A stretch of DNA of 64,000 bases from an uncultured Acidimicrobiaceae bacterium (GCA_963824445.1 CAWGPG010000003.1:22839-86838); one strand, 5' to 3'. Positions 35,932-45,818 are shown, numbered from the stretch's first letter. Made by a program: numbers and translations. The notes: a model not told the origin generated them from the sequence alone.

Positions 35932-37170
35932 ATGGGCACCTCGGGCGGGCGCGCGGCCGCACTGGCGGGAATCCCCACCCTCGACGACCTCCCGGAGGAC
36001 GCGGTCGACGGGGCACGGGTCCTCGTACGGGTCGACTTCAACGTCCCGCTGCACATCGGCGTGCGCGGCGCGGCGACCGTGGCCGACGACTTTCGCATCA
36101 CGGCCGCGCTCCCCACACTGCAGTGGCTCCTCGACCGCGGGGCCGAGGTGACCGCCACGTCGCACCTGGGCCGGCCGGCGGGGGAGCGAGACCCACGGTG
36201 GGAGATGGACCCCGTGCGCGGCCGGCTCGACGCGCTCTGCCCGGGCGTGGCGCTCACCGACAACCTGCGATTCGACCCGGGCGAGAAGGCGAACGACCCC
36301 GCCTTCGTGCAGCGCATGATCCGGGGCTACGACGCCTACGTGAACGAGGCGTTCGGCGCGGCACACCGCCGCGACGCCTCCATCGTCGGGCCTCCGCACT
36401 TCCTGCCCAGCGCGGCGGGACTGCGCTTCGCCCGCGAGGTGGAGGTGTTGGGCGGCCTCCTCGACCACCCGGCACGGCCTTTCGTCGCCGTGGTCGGCGG
36501 CGCCAAGGTGGCCGACAAGCTGGCCGTCCTGGAGGTGCTGGCCTCCAAGGTCGACACGCTGGTCGTCGGGGGCGGCATGGCGTACACGTTCCTGGCGGCG
36601 CAAGGCCACCATGTCGGCAACTCGCTCCTCGATGAGTCGCACCTCGAGGAGTGCCGCCGGCTGCTGCGCTCGGGCGTTCATATCGTGCTCCCGAGCGACA
36701 CCCGCGCCCTCGAACCGGGGGGCACCTTCGGGCCACCCCCGGCCGGGACCGGAGGCGACGCCGACCCCGAGTCCGGGACGGTGTCGCGGGGGAGCGTGAA
36801 GGTGATTGAGGGTGATCTGCCCGACGGTTGGACCGGCCTCGACATCGGGCCCGAGACGGCGGCGCGCTTCGCCGAGGTCGTGAGCGGGGCGGGCACCGTG
36901 CTGTGGAACGGGCCGCTCGGAGCCTTCGAGGACAGGCGCTTCGCGAACGGCACCCGGATCGTGGCCCAGGCCGTCGCCGATTGCCCCGGCTTCTCCGTGG
37001 TGGGGGGAGGCGACAGCGCGAGCGCCCTCGACGAGCTCGGTCTCTCCAACAGGATCGGCTACCTCTCGACGGGCGGCGGGGCGTCACTGTCCTTCATCGA
37101 GTCAGAGGGGCACTTGCCGGGGATCGAGGCGTTGCGCCAGGCACCGAACGCGCCTGCGCCCCGCTGGTGA
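35932..37170 (+). CDS. pgk: Phosphoglycerate kinase
   Basis: 412 aa. Motifs: VLVRVDFNVPL, GGGMAYTFL, STGGGASL. Confidence 0.95.
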   Translation: MGTSGGRAAALAGIPTLDDLPEDAVDGARVLVRVDFNVPLHIGVRGAATVADDFRITAALPTLQWLLDRGAEVTATSHLGRPAGERDPRWEMDPVRGRLDALCPGVALTDNLRFDPGEKANDPAFVQRMIRGYDAYVNEAFGAAHRRDASIVGPPHFLPSAAGLRFAREVEVLGGLLDHPARPFVAVVGGAKVADKLAVLEVLASKVDTLVVGGGMAYTFLAAQGHHVGNSLLDESHLEECRRLLRSGVHIVLPSDTRALEPGGTFGPPPAGTGGDADPESGTVSRGSVKVIEGDLPDGWTGLDIGPETAARFAEVVSGAGTVLWNGPLGAFEDRRFANGTRIVAQAVADCPGFSVVGGGDSASALDELGLSNRIGYLSTGGGASLSFIESEGHLPGIEALRQAPNAPAPRW

Positions 37171-37988
37171 CCGGTCCGGCGCTTTCTCAGCCGCCAACGG
37201 CGGTCCGCCGCCGCCCGCTGATCAGCGGGAACTGGAAGATGCACCACGACCACATCGAGGCGCTGCACACCGTCCGCGACCTGGGCCTGCGGATCAAACC
37301 CGAGGACGTGTCACGGGTCGACGTCTCGGTCCACCCTCCCTTCACCGATCTGCGGACGGTGCAGACGCTGGTCGAGCAGGAGCGGATCCCCGTGTCGCTC
37401 GGCGCCCAGCACTGCTCGCACGAGGACGCCGGGGCCCGCACCGGCGAGGTGAGCCCGCGATTCTTGGCCCGTCTCGGTGTGGCCCACGTCATCGTCGGGC
37501 ACTCCGAGCGACGCACGCTCTTCGGTATGGACGACGCCACGGTGGCGGCCACGCTGCGGGCCGTGCTCCGCCACGACATGACCCCGGTCGTGTGCGTGGG
37601 GGAGTCCGAGGAGCAGCGCCAGGGTGGTCGAACGGAGTCCGTCCTGGAGGAGCAGGTCATGGCCGCGCTGAGCGGCATCAGCGCAGAAGTCCTCGCCGGG
37701 CTCGTGGTGGCCTACGAGCCGATCTGGGCCATCGGCACGGGGAACACGGCCACCCCCGTGGACGCCGAGGACGCCTGCGGCTTCATCCGCTCTCTGGTGG
37801 CGAAGCTGGGCGGCGACACCGCGGCAACAGGCGTGAGGCTCCAGTACGGCGGGTCGGTGACCGGGGAGAACGCGGGGGACCTGATGTCGGAGCCGGATGT
37901 GGACGGCCTCCTGGTCGGCGGCGCGAGCCTGCAGGCGGCTGGGTTCCTCGACATCATCCGGGCCACCGCCGCCTGCTACCGTTCCTAG
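37167..37988 (+). CDS. tpiA: Triosephosphate isomerase
   Basis: In-frame part of ORF 36828..37988 from GTG 37167 (GTGA overlap with pgk). Motifs: ISGNWKMH, VIVGHSERR, AYEPIWAIGTG, YGGSV. Confidence 0.9.
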   Translation: MTGPALSQPPTAVRRRPLISGNWKMHHDHIEALHTVRDLGLRIKPEDVSRVDVSVHPPFTDLRTVQTLVEQERIPVSLGAQHCSHEDAGARTGEVSPRFLARLGVAHVIVGHSERRTLFGMDDATVAATLRAVLRHDMTPVVCVGESEEQRQGGRTESVLEEQVMAALSGISAEVLAGLVVAYEPIWAIGTGNTATPVDAEDACGFIRSLVAKLGGDTAATGVRLQYGGSVTGENAGDLMSEPDVDGLLVGGASLQAAGFLDIIRATAACYRS

Positions 37989-38025
37989 GCCCCTCCGGGC
38001 ACCATACCGCCGAGTTGGAGGCTCC

Positions 38026-38262
38026 GTGGACGCACTGACCTGGGTGTACATCGCGATCGAGGTGATCACCGCCGTCGGCTTGATCTTCCTCATCCTCATG
38101 CACAGCGGGAAAGGTGGCGGCCTGTCCGACATGTTCGGCGGCAGCGTGGGCGCGGCGGCCCAGGGGTCGACGGTGGTGGAGCGGAACCTGGACCGCATCA
38201 CCGTGACCGTCGCCGTCATCTTCGCCCTGACCACGATCACGCTGGACCTCCGGCTGCAGTGA
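38026..38262 (+). CDS. secG: Preprotein translocase subunit SecG
   Basis: In-frame part of ORF 37897..38262 from GTG 38026, after GGAG: VDALTWVYIAIEVITAVGLIFLILMHSGKGGGLSDMFGG... It has two TM segments and the conserved position after tpiA. Confidence 0.85.
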   Translation: MDALTWVYIAIEVITAVGLIFLILMHSGKGGGLSDMFGGSVGAAAQGSTVVERNLDRITVTVAVIFALTTITLDLRLQ

Positions 38263-40085
38263 GGCGCCGGGGCCGGCGCCCCGGGCGGCGGTGGCACGGG
38301 ATCGCCTCCATGACGGCCGTCCTGGCTCTGGTCTCCACGATCGCGGCCGCGTGCGGGACCAGCGGAGCCGGTACGACGAACGTCACTTACGTCGCCGTCG
38401 CCAACCGGAACATCGCGTTCGGGACGACGGAGAGCCCGACCGGGTGCAACCCCAACACTCCCGGAGGCGACACCCCGGGGACACTGACCGTGCTCGGCGC
38501 CGTCCTCCCGAGCCCGTACGTGGTCAATGCGGCGGGCGCACCGACGGCCAACAACAACCTGATCGCCCAGTCCGAGCTGATCAACACCAGCAAGCCCGAA
38601 ACGGTCGTCTACACCCTCAACCCGAAAGCGGTCTGGTCCGACGGCGTGCCGATCACGGCCGCAGACTTCCGCTACGCCTGGGAGCAACAGCGCGAGGACA
38701 CTTCACCGGGCGGCCAGGACGTGGCGAGCATCGCCGGCTACCGCGACATTGCCTCGGTGACCGGGTCGAACCAGGGCCACACGGTGACCGTTCGATTCAA
38801 GAGGACCTTCGCCGACTGGCGGAGCCTCTTCACCGACCTGCTGCCGGCGCACGTCATGGAGAAGGTGGGATGGAACCCGGCGTGCACGACGGTGGACCCG
38901 TCCATCGACCTCTCGGGCGGGCCGTTCGAGATCGCCGACGTATCCCCCCAGTCGATCACGCTGGTGCAGAACCCGAAATGGTGGGGGACACCGGCCAATG
39001 CGCGGCAGATCACCGTGCGCATCGCCTCTTCGACCGACCAGCTCGCACACTGGATGAGCTCGGGCGCGGTCCAGGTGGCGCAGCCCGGCACGGTCACGCC
39101 GTCCTTCCTCTCCTCGATGACGAGCCTTCCCGGGGCGTCGAGCGAGGTCGATCTCTCGGGCACCCAACTCCAGCTCGACATGGCCAGCTCGCTCGATTCC
39201 GACCTCTCGCCTGATCTGCGGGCGGCGATCGCGCTGTCGGTGAACCGCCAGAAGCTGGTGAACACCGAGGTGAGCTGGGCCGCACCCGGAGTCCAGGTGG
39301 CGGACAGCCACGTCTATGCACAGGGTCAGCCGGGTTACACGTCGCCAGCGGGATCGTCGACGACGACGACCGTCCCGGCGTCGTCCACCTCGTCCACGCC
39401 GACGACCCACATCGCCGCCAGCGGCAGCGTGAACTTCCCGGTGACCCCGGTCCCGAACCAGGCCGCGGCCTTCGTGTCGGCGGCTGGCCTGGTCCGCGGC
39501 GGGGGTGATCCCATGTACCACTCCGCCTTCGGCGTGCCCTTCACGCTGCGCCTGGTCTACGACGCCGCCGACCCCTGGGCGACGAGGGCGGCGCCGGCCA
39601 TCCAGGACGACCTGGTCGACGCGGGCTTCGCCACGACGATGACGGCCGAGCCCGACGCCACCCAGACCGGCGAGGCCTTGGCCGGCGGAACGGCGGACCT
39701 GGCGGTGATGCCGACCGATTTCACGCCGTACCTGAGCCAGACGCTGGGCTGGTACACGATGCTCCTCGGGCCGCCAGGCCGGAACGGATCCGAGGATTGG
39801 ACCGGATACGACGATCCCGCCTTCGACCGGACGGTGACGTCCGCCTCACAGCAGTTGAACGCGAACACGGCCGCGACGACCTACCAGCAGGCGGACACCG
39901 ACCTGTGGGACGAGATGGTGTCGCTTCCGCTCTATGCGGAGCCCACCGCCCTGGTCTGGAGCCGTCGGATCGGCGGGGTCACCCCGACGCCCCGCAGCGA
40001 CAGCCTCCTGTGGTATGCGCAGCTCTGGGCGGTGCGGGTGCCCGAGTCGACGAACAACACCACGCCGTCGCTGCCGGGGCAGTAG
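38259..40085 (+). CDS. ABC transporter substrate-binding lipoprotein, family 5 (peptide/nickel type)
   Basis: 608 aa. The signal peptide has a lipobox (..VSTIAAACG). NPKAVWSDGVPITAADFRYAWE is typical of SBP_bac_5. An alternative start is 38310. Confidence 0.8.
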   Translation: MRRRGRRPGRRWHGIASMTAVLALVSTIAAACGTSGAGTTNVTYVAVANRNIAFGTTESPTGCNPNTPGGDTPGTLTVLGAVLPSPYVVNAAGAPTANNNLIAQSELINTSKPETVVYTLNPKAVWSDGVPITAADFRYAWEQQREDTSPGGQDVASIAGYRDIASVTGSNQGHTVTVRFKRTFADWRSLFTDLLPAHVMEKVGWNPACTTVDPSIDLSGGPFEIADVSPQSITLVQNPKWWGTPANARQITVRIASSTDQLAHWMSSGAVQVAQPGTVTPSFLSSMTSLPGASSEVDLSGTQLQLDMASSLDSDLSPDLRAAIALSVNRQKLVNTEVSWAAPGVQVADSHVYAQGQPGYTSPAGSSTTTTVPASSTSSTPTTHIAASGSVNFPVTPVPNQAAAFVSAAGLVRGGGDPMYHSAFGVPFTLRLVYDAADPWATRAAPAIQDDLVDAGFATTMTAEPDATQTGEALAGGTADLAVMPTDFTPYLSQTLGWYTMLLGPPGRNGSEDWTGYDDPAFDRTVTSASQQLNANTAATTYQQADTDLWDEMVSLPLYAEPTALVWSRRIGGVTPTPRSDSLLWYAQLWAVRVPESTNNTTPSLPGQ

Positions 40086-40203
40086 CGCCCGGCGCGGCGC
40101 CCGGCGTCGTACCCATGGAGGACGACGTACGGGTGTGGCGGACGGCGCACCGCAGGCAAACGCGAAAGGGCCGACAGCGGTCCGCGACCCGTCGCGCCTT
40201 CTG

Positions 40204-40524
40204 CTAGCCCCAATCGAAGAGCTTGCGGAACCGATCCTTACCCGCCGGGCGGGGCTGGGCCTCGTCGAGTGACTCGCCCTTGTGGGCTCGCAACCACGTC
40301 TCGAGCCCGTTCGCATTGGAGAACACCAGCTCTCGGTCGCTGTCCATGACGAAGAGGTGGACGCCGTCGCGCTCCGCGGTCACCGAGAGCTCGATCTGTC
40401 CGGCGTCGACGTAGCACCACAACGGACTGGCACCCGGTGTTGTCCTCGGCTCGAGGCGCCATCCCGGTTTGTCCCGGAGGAGGTCGGCGAGGTGTGTCCT
40501 GGGTTGATCGGCGCGCCGAGCCAT
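40204..40524 (-). CDS. Hypothetical protein (~106 aa)
   Basis: ORF 40204..40635. The likely start is ATG 40524 (MARRADQPRTHLADLL..). Its composition looks globular but I recognise no family. Confidence 0.4.
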   Translation of the reverse strand: MARRADQPRTHLADLLRDKPGWRLEPRTTPGASPLWCYVDAGQIELSVTAERDGVHLFVMDSDRELVFSNANGLETWLRAHKGESLDEAQPRPAGKDRFRKLFDWG

Positions 40525-40672
40525 GCTCAGATCCGACGGTCCCAGGATCGGCGTCGGCCCGACACCGCGCCCGCGGCCGTACCCACCGGCTCCACCGCCT
40601 CCGAGGCGTCGGTGTCGCCGCCGCGCAACGAGCACTCACGCCCGCTGGCCGTGGTGGACCGCCGCACGCTTG

Positions 40673-40909
40673 TTATCCGAGTTTTCCCCAGTGCGCGGCG
40701 ATGATGAGCAACAGGCCGGCGACGGCGAGGCAAAGACCCGCCACGACGTTCCTGGCGCGCTGGATTCGCAACGCTGGTATCTCCGACGCAGCCAGCCAGA
40801 TGCCTGTGATCAAGATCAAAAGAAATCCGATCTCGGTCAGCTGGTTCGTCGTGTGATGGCTGAGGGTCGTGCCGCTGCCCGCGGCCTTCTTGAGGATGGT
40901 GCTGATCAC
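40673..40909 (-). CDS. Small membrane protein (2 TM, ~78 aa)
   Basis: ORF 40673..40984. The likely start is GTG 40909 (VISTILKK..). There are two hydrophobic spans: IGFLLILITGIWLAA and VVAGLCLAVAGLLLIIAA. Confidence 0.4.
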   Translation of the reverse strand: MISTILKKAAGSGTTLSHHTTNQLTEIGFLLILITGIWLAASEIPALRIQRARNVVAGLCLAVAGLLLIIAAHWGKLG

Positions 40910-41033
40910 GGGTCGGGATTCTTTCGGTCTACGCCGGCTTGCGCAACTTGTTGCTCGTGCCGGGCCATTTGGAGCACGCCGCAACGGGGATCGCTACGGC
41001 GTGCTCCTGGCCCGATGCGTTCCCGGACGAGGC

Positions 41034-42146
41034 CTAGGAACCCTGGTACGGCACGAACAAATTGAGCTGGATGGAGGCCCCCGTGACCGCGACCACCGGG
41101 AGCGGGAATCCGTAGGCCGGGTTGCCCGACGATTGCTTCACGTAGAAGCCCTTCGCCGACCAGGCACCGACAGCAGGCACGACGTTGGTCAGGATCATGT
41201 CGTACTTCCCGTGACCTGTCGCGTTCACGTTCTCGCAATTGCCGGCGAGCTGACACGCGTTGACGCCGAGCGTGGGGGTGAACCCGGAGGGCGCACCGGT
41301 GACGGTGACCGTCCCATAGAGGAGGGCCTGCCCGAACTCGAGGAACGCCGTGCTCAGGTTCAGCGTGGTCGTCTTTCCCGACTTGAGCTTGGCCGTCTGA
41401 CTGTCGCTCGTGTGGGTGACGCAACCGGAGCGTGCGCAGAAGCCGGGATAGGCGGTCCAGCTACCGGGGGCGAGGTTGGTCACGGAGTACGAACCCGAAG
41501 CGCTCCCCTTCGGTGAGGGCTTCGTCGATCCACTCGCACACCCGTTGGGGACCGTACCGCCGCCGAAGGCGACCGAGGACGGGCAAACGACCACCGTGAG
41601 CTTCTTAATCGGGTCGTTCGACGACGCGCCGGTGACGGTGATCGTTCCCGCCAGTGTGGCCGGCTTCACGTAGAAAACGTCCAGGTTCACGTTGTTGACC
41701 GTCCCACCGGCTGTCACGTTCTCGCCGACTGCGCCGCCGAAGAACACAGGTCCTCCAGCTGTGATCTGGTAGAAACCGAACAACGACCAGCTCCCTGCGG
41801 CCAGTGACAGCGAGTAGGCGCCATTCGCTCCTGCGACCGTCGAGACCGGATTGGAACACGGCGTGGACACCGAACCCGTGCAGGCCTCGGCACCGAGCAC
41901 CGCGGGGTGGAAGCCCTTCGGCGTGCCGATGAGGACGACGGTCCCGTTCACCGTTCCGTTCTTACAGGTCGACGAGCTGCCAGAGCTGCCAGAGCTCCCA
42001 CATGACGTCGCCGCCGGCCCGTCGAGACGATTCGCGAGGGATCTGAGCCCGAAGCCCGAAGCCACCTCGGGTAGGACAGTCACCAACAAGATGAAGCTCG
42101 CAGCCGCAATCACGATGACGCGCATACGTCGCTGCCAGGTCTTCAT
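41034..42146 (-). CDS. Secreted protein with three CarboxypepD_reg-like beta-sandwich repeats
   Basis: 370 aa. The signal peptide is MKTWQRRMRVIVIAAASFILLVTVLPEVASG, followed by a SSGSSGSSS linker. The three ~100-aa repeats start GTVNGTVVLIG.., LAGTITVTGA.. and LYGTVTVTGA.., each with paired Cys. Confidence 0.6.
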   Translation of the reverse strand: MKTWQRRMRVIVIAAASFILLVTVLPEVASGFGLRSLANRLDGPAATSCGSSGSSGSSSTCKNGTVNGTVVLIGTPKGFHPAVLGAEACTGSVSTPCSNPVSTVAGANGAYSLSLAAGSWSLFGFYQITAGGPVFFGGAVGENVTAGGTVNNVNLDVFYVKPATLAGTITVTGASSNDPIKKLTVVVCPSSVAFGGGTVPNGCASGSTKPSPKGSASGSYSVTNLAPGSWTAYPGFCARSGCVTHTSDSQTAKLKSGKTTTLNLSTAFLEFGQALLYGTVTVTGAPSGFTPTLGVNACQLAGNCENVNATGHGKYDMILTNVVPAVGAWSAKGFYVKQSSGNPAYGFPLPVVAVTGASIQLNLFVPYQGS

Positions 42147-42989
42147 GCGTACCTCACTCTCTTTCTCTCGTTGTGGTGGAGTGGATTTTGGAGAAAAAAG
42201 CTAGCCCGTACTGTGCGGTGTTGCGAGGGAAAATTCCTATGGGGGTTGCGTTGTTGCGCTCGGAAGATGTGACTGCAAACGGCCGGACGCCTACCGCACA
42301 CCATGGCCCGCATGGAGCGAAGGACGAGGTGACACGTTCCTTCTTCACCAGTCCTCGCGGTGCAGTCGATCTCATGTCCGACGTCTTCGACTGCGGGATT
42401 GTACGTTTGACTTTTAGGTTCTCTTGAGCCTTCTGAATCAATTCGTACCCCTGGGTTGTTGAACGGATATCACGCCACCGCGCAGTGCGAGCTGCCGCAA
42501 CCCGACGGGCGCCGGTCGGTGGGCGACGACGACGTGGTGTGTGTTCACCTTCTGCGCTATCAACCTCTTCGCCATCAACGTGCGAACCACAGCACTCCGC
42601 AGGCGCCGGCCCGAGCGCTTGACGACGCGCCGTACCCCGTCGCATCCTTCTCGACCCGTCCTCTCTTCACGGGTCCCATGGAACGCACGCGGCGTGAATC
42701 ACGCATGTGCGCGAATGGAGTCTGCAGCTCACTCGAGCTGAGAGACCTCGATCTCAATGCGCACCGGGTCACCGATATCACCACCGAGTCGCGGTTCACC
42801 GACGATCTCCATCTCGCCGTCTCCATCTGGCCGAACAGCTCTCTGTGGGTGCGGACTCTGGAGCGCAGAACCTTGACGTAACCTGAGAATCAGGCTAGCA
42901 ATAGGAGTTGGGACCGGGCGGACCGTGCTCAATGGGAGATGGCGGCCGAGACGGTTCTCGTTTGAGTGCTCTACCAAAAGGGGGCGGCT

Positions 42990-43697
42990 ATGAAAGCGAA
43001 GTCAGGTTCTCGGCTATTCGGCGGTAGGAGGTCCGGACACCGTCTGCGTTCTCTCGCCGCGGTGGCCGTTTCCGTGACGGTGGTGCCGATGCTCTTCTCG
43101 GTGATCACCGCAACGAGCGCCGGTGCAGCGACGTACGTCAGTGGGTCTTCGACCTCACTCTGCGTCAATCCGAGCGGCGTGACATCAGCGAACTACAACT
43201 CGCTGCCACCGTCGTATTTCACGTCTGCCCCGACGTGCGCGTCGGGCTACACATTGCACATCGTCACGAAGGACCAGGTCCCTCCGCTCTCCTGCGGAGC
43301 GCCACCTCGTCCGTGGTGCGCCATCATCCCGACGACGCGTTGGGTCAGTATCAACAAGTGTGGTGCGGATGACAATGCCGCGCCTTGCACGAATCCAGTG
43401 ACCTATCCCCCCAACCTGCCACCAGCGATCTACGAATACGATGCCGTGCTCAAATGCACGCCGGGCGCTGTCCTCAAACTCAAGGGGCAGGTGCTCGCGG
43501 ACAACTATGTGGCCGGCTATCTCAACGGAGCCCTTCTCTCAATACCCCAGAGGGTCAACGGGAAGAACTTTGTTACGCCGGCAGCGTTCACTGGAGTGAC
43601 CCAGTGCAGCACCGCCACGGCCACTGTCGAGTTGGACTTCATGGTGTACGACTCCAGCACGCCGTACACCGGCATCGACTACAAGGTCGTGACCTGA
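42990..43697 (+). CDS. Secreted Cys-rich hypothetical protein
   Basis: ORF 42966..43697. ATG 42990 is preceded by AAGGGGG. It has a long signal peptide ending SAGA/ATY, 10 Cys, and a C-terminal beta-rich domain (..LKGQVLADNYVAGYLNGALL..). Confidence 0.55.
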   Translation: MKAKSGSRLFGGRRSGHRLRSLAAVAVSVTVVPMLFSVITATSAGAATYVSGSSTSLCVNPSGVTSANYNSLPPSYFTSAPTCASGYTLHIVTKDQVPPLSCGAPPRPWCAIIPTTRWVSINKCGADDNAAPCTNPVTYPPNLPPAIYEYDAVLKCTPGAVLKLKGQVLADNYVAGYLNGALLSIPQRVNGKNFVTPAAFTGVTQCSTATATVELDFMVYDSSTPYTGIDYKVVT

Positions 43698-43728
43698 TCG
43701 CGAATTAAGAGAGCAGCCTGAATACGAA

Positions 43729-43763
43729 CTCCCGCCCTGCCTCCGCACGGGACAGGGCGGGAG
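43729..43763. terminator. Bidirectional stem-loop CTCCCGCCCTG-n13-CAGGGCGGGAG between convergent genes
   Basis: 11-bp perfect inverted repeat located between the stop at 43697 (+) and the stop at 43796 (-). Confidence 0.55.
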
Positions 43764-43795
43764 AGGGCGGTCGCGGGAGGGTTTCGGAGTTGGCG

Positions 43796-44350
43796 TCAGA
43801 CGATCTTCAGTCGGGTGCCCTTCTCGTTGACCAGTACTCCGTTCTCGCGTCCACAGACCTCCCCGGTCACCAGTCCTCCGACCTTGATGGAGCCCGTGTT
43901 GTCGGCGGTCACCATGCCGCGCAATTTGAACTCTGCCGCCGAGGTGGCTGGGCACTGGTGCTTTTCCCGCTCGTCCTTCTTCACCGGGGTCAAGGTGTAG
44001 GTGACTGAGGTCGTGTGACCAGTCGCCCACGTGATGACGCCAGTCCGGTTGTCGAGTGATCCCGAGCCGCCGGTGTTGGCGACATCGGAGCAACCACTCA
44101 GCGAGAAGGGGCCTTCGGGAAAAGGCCCTACGTAGCTCGCACACGATGTTCCTTCGCTTCGAGCGCTTCCGCCCGAAGCTGGAGCAGCGACAAGTACGGT
44201 TGCGACGACCACCGCCACGATGGCCGCGCCAATGCAGAGGAACGAGCTGGTTGGCGGCAGGTGGGCCGCGGCTTTTCGGCCGTCACGTACTCTGATGCCG
44301 CGGTTTCGTTGTGTGCGACAGGTCTCCGAGTGGAAGATGGTCACAGCCAT
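43796..44350 (-). CDS. Secreted 4-Cys protein, paralogue A (unnamed family)
   Basis: 184 aa with a hydrophobic N-terminal segment (LCIGAAIVAVVVATVLVAAPASG). The mature part carries C..LSGC..NTGGSG..G.I.WA.G..CP..VC, a pattern shared with the 44740..45216 product. Confidence 0.6.
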   Translation of the reverse strand: MAVTIFHSETCRTQRNRGIRVRDGRKAAAHLPPTSSFLCIGAAIVAVVVATVLVAAPASGGSARSEGTSCASYVGPFPEGPFSLSGCSDVANTGGSGSLDNRTGVITWATGHTTSVTYTLTPVKKDEREKHQCPATSAAEFKLRGMVTADNTGSIKVGGLVTGEVCGRENGVLVNEKGTRLKIV

Positions 44351-44672
44351 TCTTCCGGTGAGGTGCAGCCTCCGGTCCTCAGGAGTGCCATCATCAATCC
44401 CACCTCCCTGTCGCTATTCTTTCCGACCGAATCGCCGACCACAATCCGGTTCGGGCCTGAGTCCGACATCTCAAGCAGTTCTTCTGCGGCTGGCTCGAAG
44501 GCGTGGAGCGAAGTCCCGGGTCAGGTCGTGCCGCCTCACGACTGCGTCACGAGCCCGTCACAGGTCCGAAAGAAGCTCGAGCGCCCGGATGGAGCATCCC
44601 GCAACGAGAGTGGCAACCCAGATCGAACGGAGCAGGAAGTCGCTCGTCACAAGGCTTGATGTTCGTGGACGC

Positions 44673-44714
44673 GCCGAACGGGGACCCGCCACGACTGGCG
44701 AGCCCCCGTTCGGC
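44673..44714 (-). terminator. Stem-loop GCCGAACGGGG-n20-CCCCGTTCGGC downstream of paralogue B
   Basis: 11-bp perfect inverted repeat about 25 nt after the stop at 44740 on the minus strand. There is no clear U-tract. Confidence 0.45.
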
Positions 44715-44739
44715 GATTGAAATGGGACTGTCGTAGCTG

Positions 44740-45216
44740 TCAGGCGGCGAAGATGAACTTCGTACCGGACAGAAGGCTGAGCTTCACGACGTCCGGATTC
44801 GAGGTTGATTTCGCGCAGACGGTCGCGCTCACTGCCGCTCCAACCGTGGTGCTCTTCGTGCTGTCCTTGGTGACGTTGCCGCTGAGGACCTCGGTAACTT
44901 GACCTGCCGGGCAACCCGACCCGGACGCTGCCGATTGGGTGGCGGTGGTTGCCTTCCCATTGGCCCACTTGACCGTGCCGGATGTTTCAGTGATCGTCCC
45001 CTTGGACGTTCCTGATCCACCTGTGTTTCCGGTGCAACCGGACAGCTTGGTGGTGACGGCGCCGGTCGAGGTGTTCGCCTTGCCGCTCAACTTGCTGCAG
45101 GTGATCCCTTTGGCAGCAGCCGAAGCCGGACCGGCCGCGATTGCGGTGAAACCCGCGACGGGTGCGAGAACGGCTGCAACCGCGATGGATCCATGAACGA
45201 TTCTCTTTTTGATCAC
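44740..45216 (-). CDS. Secreted 4-Cys protein, paralogue B (unnamed family)
   Basis: ORF 44740..45495. The likely start is GTG 45216, 9 nt after AAGGAGG. The signal peptide is VIKKRIVHGSIAVAAVLAPVAGFTAIAAGPASA/AAKG, and the mature part reads ITCSKL..LSGCTGNTGGSG..GTVKWANG..CPAGQ..VCAK. Confidence 0.65.
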   Translation of the reverse strand: MIKKRIVHGSIAVAAVLAPVAGFTAIAAGPASAAAKGITCSKLSGKANTSTGAVTTKLSGCTGNTGGSGTSKGTITETSGTVKWANGKATTATQSAASGSGCPAGQVTEVLSGNVTKDSTKSTTVGAAVSATVCAKSTSNPDVVKLSLLSGTKFIFAA

Positions 45217-45818
45217 CTTGTCAATCCTCCTTTTGAGGTGGTGGACTTTGTCTGTGTGGATGCCAGGGAGTCCGATCGCGGTGCTCGCGTCGAATGGATC
45301 CCCCCGATCATTGCCGGACATGACCTCCCCGCGGCATTCCTCGTGCAAACAAAATTCTAAATTTTCGTGGTCTGCCAGGACAGTTCGAACGCGCAGACCA
45401 ACACCGAACCCTTTGTGCCGTTTTAAGGCACAACGCTGACGATTCGTGAAGTGCGGAAGCTGGAACGAAGAGCGAAGTTCTTGAGTCTTCAGCATTTGAT
45501 TCCGGGACTTTCACTCCGGCGGAACCGACTGCTCGGGATGCGGCGGTGGCATGGCCGTTGCCATCAAGCCCCGAACCGTTCAGACGCTTGCGTGGGCTGG
45601 TCGTACAGTTTCGGCCAGCCCACAAACAGTCCATATTCACATGAGCGGTGATCCTTTCAACTTCGTCCGCTTGTTCGAACTACTTCCTGCTGGTCGACAC
45701 GCGGACGTCCGAGACACCCGGGGGTCGCGGACAGGGGCGGTCATCCGGGTCTTCCGGCAGAGCGTTTCCGGGTCTTCCCTGATATCAACCCGCCCTGTGG
45801 CCACGCGACAATCTGAGG

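Noticed and set aside
34875-38687. Long minus-strand ORFs 34875..36317, 35731..36681, 36254..37087 and 37311..38687
   Set aside because: They are antisense shadows of gap, pgk, tpiA and secG, with Arg/Pro-rich composition.
40986-41033. Search for a tRNA, att-like repeat, integrase or transposase marking the core/accessory junction
   Set aside because: Nothing of the kind is visible at the junction or anywhere in 41-64 kb, so no mobile element is called.
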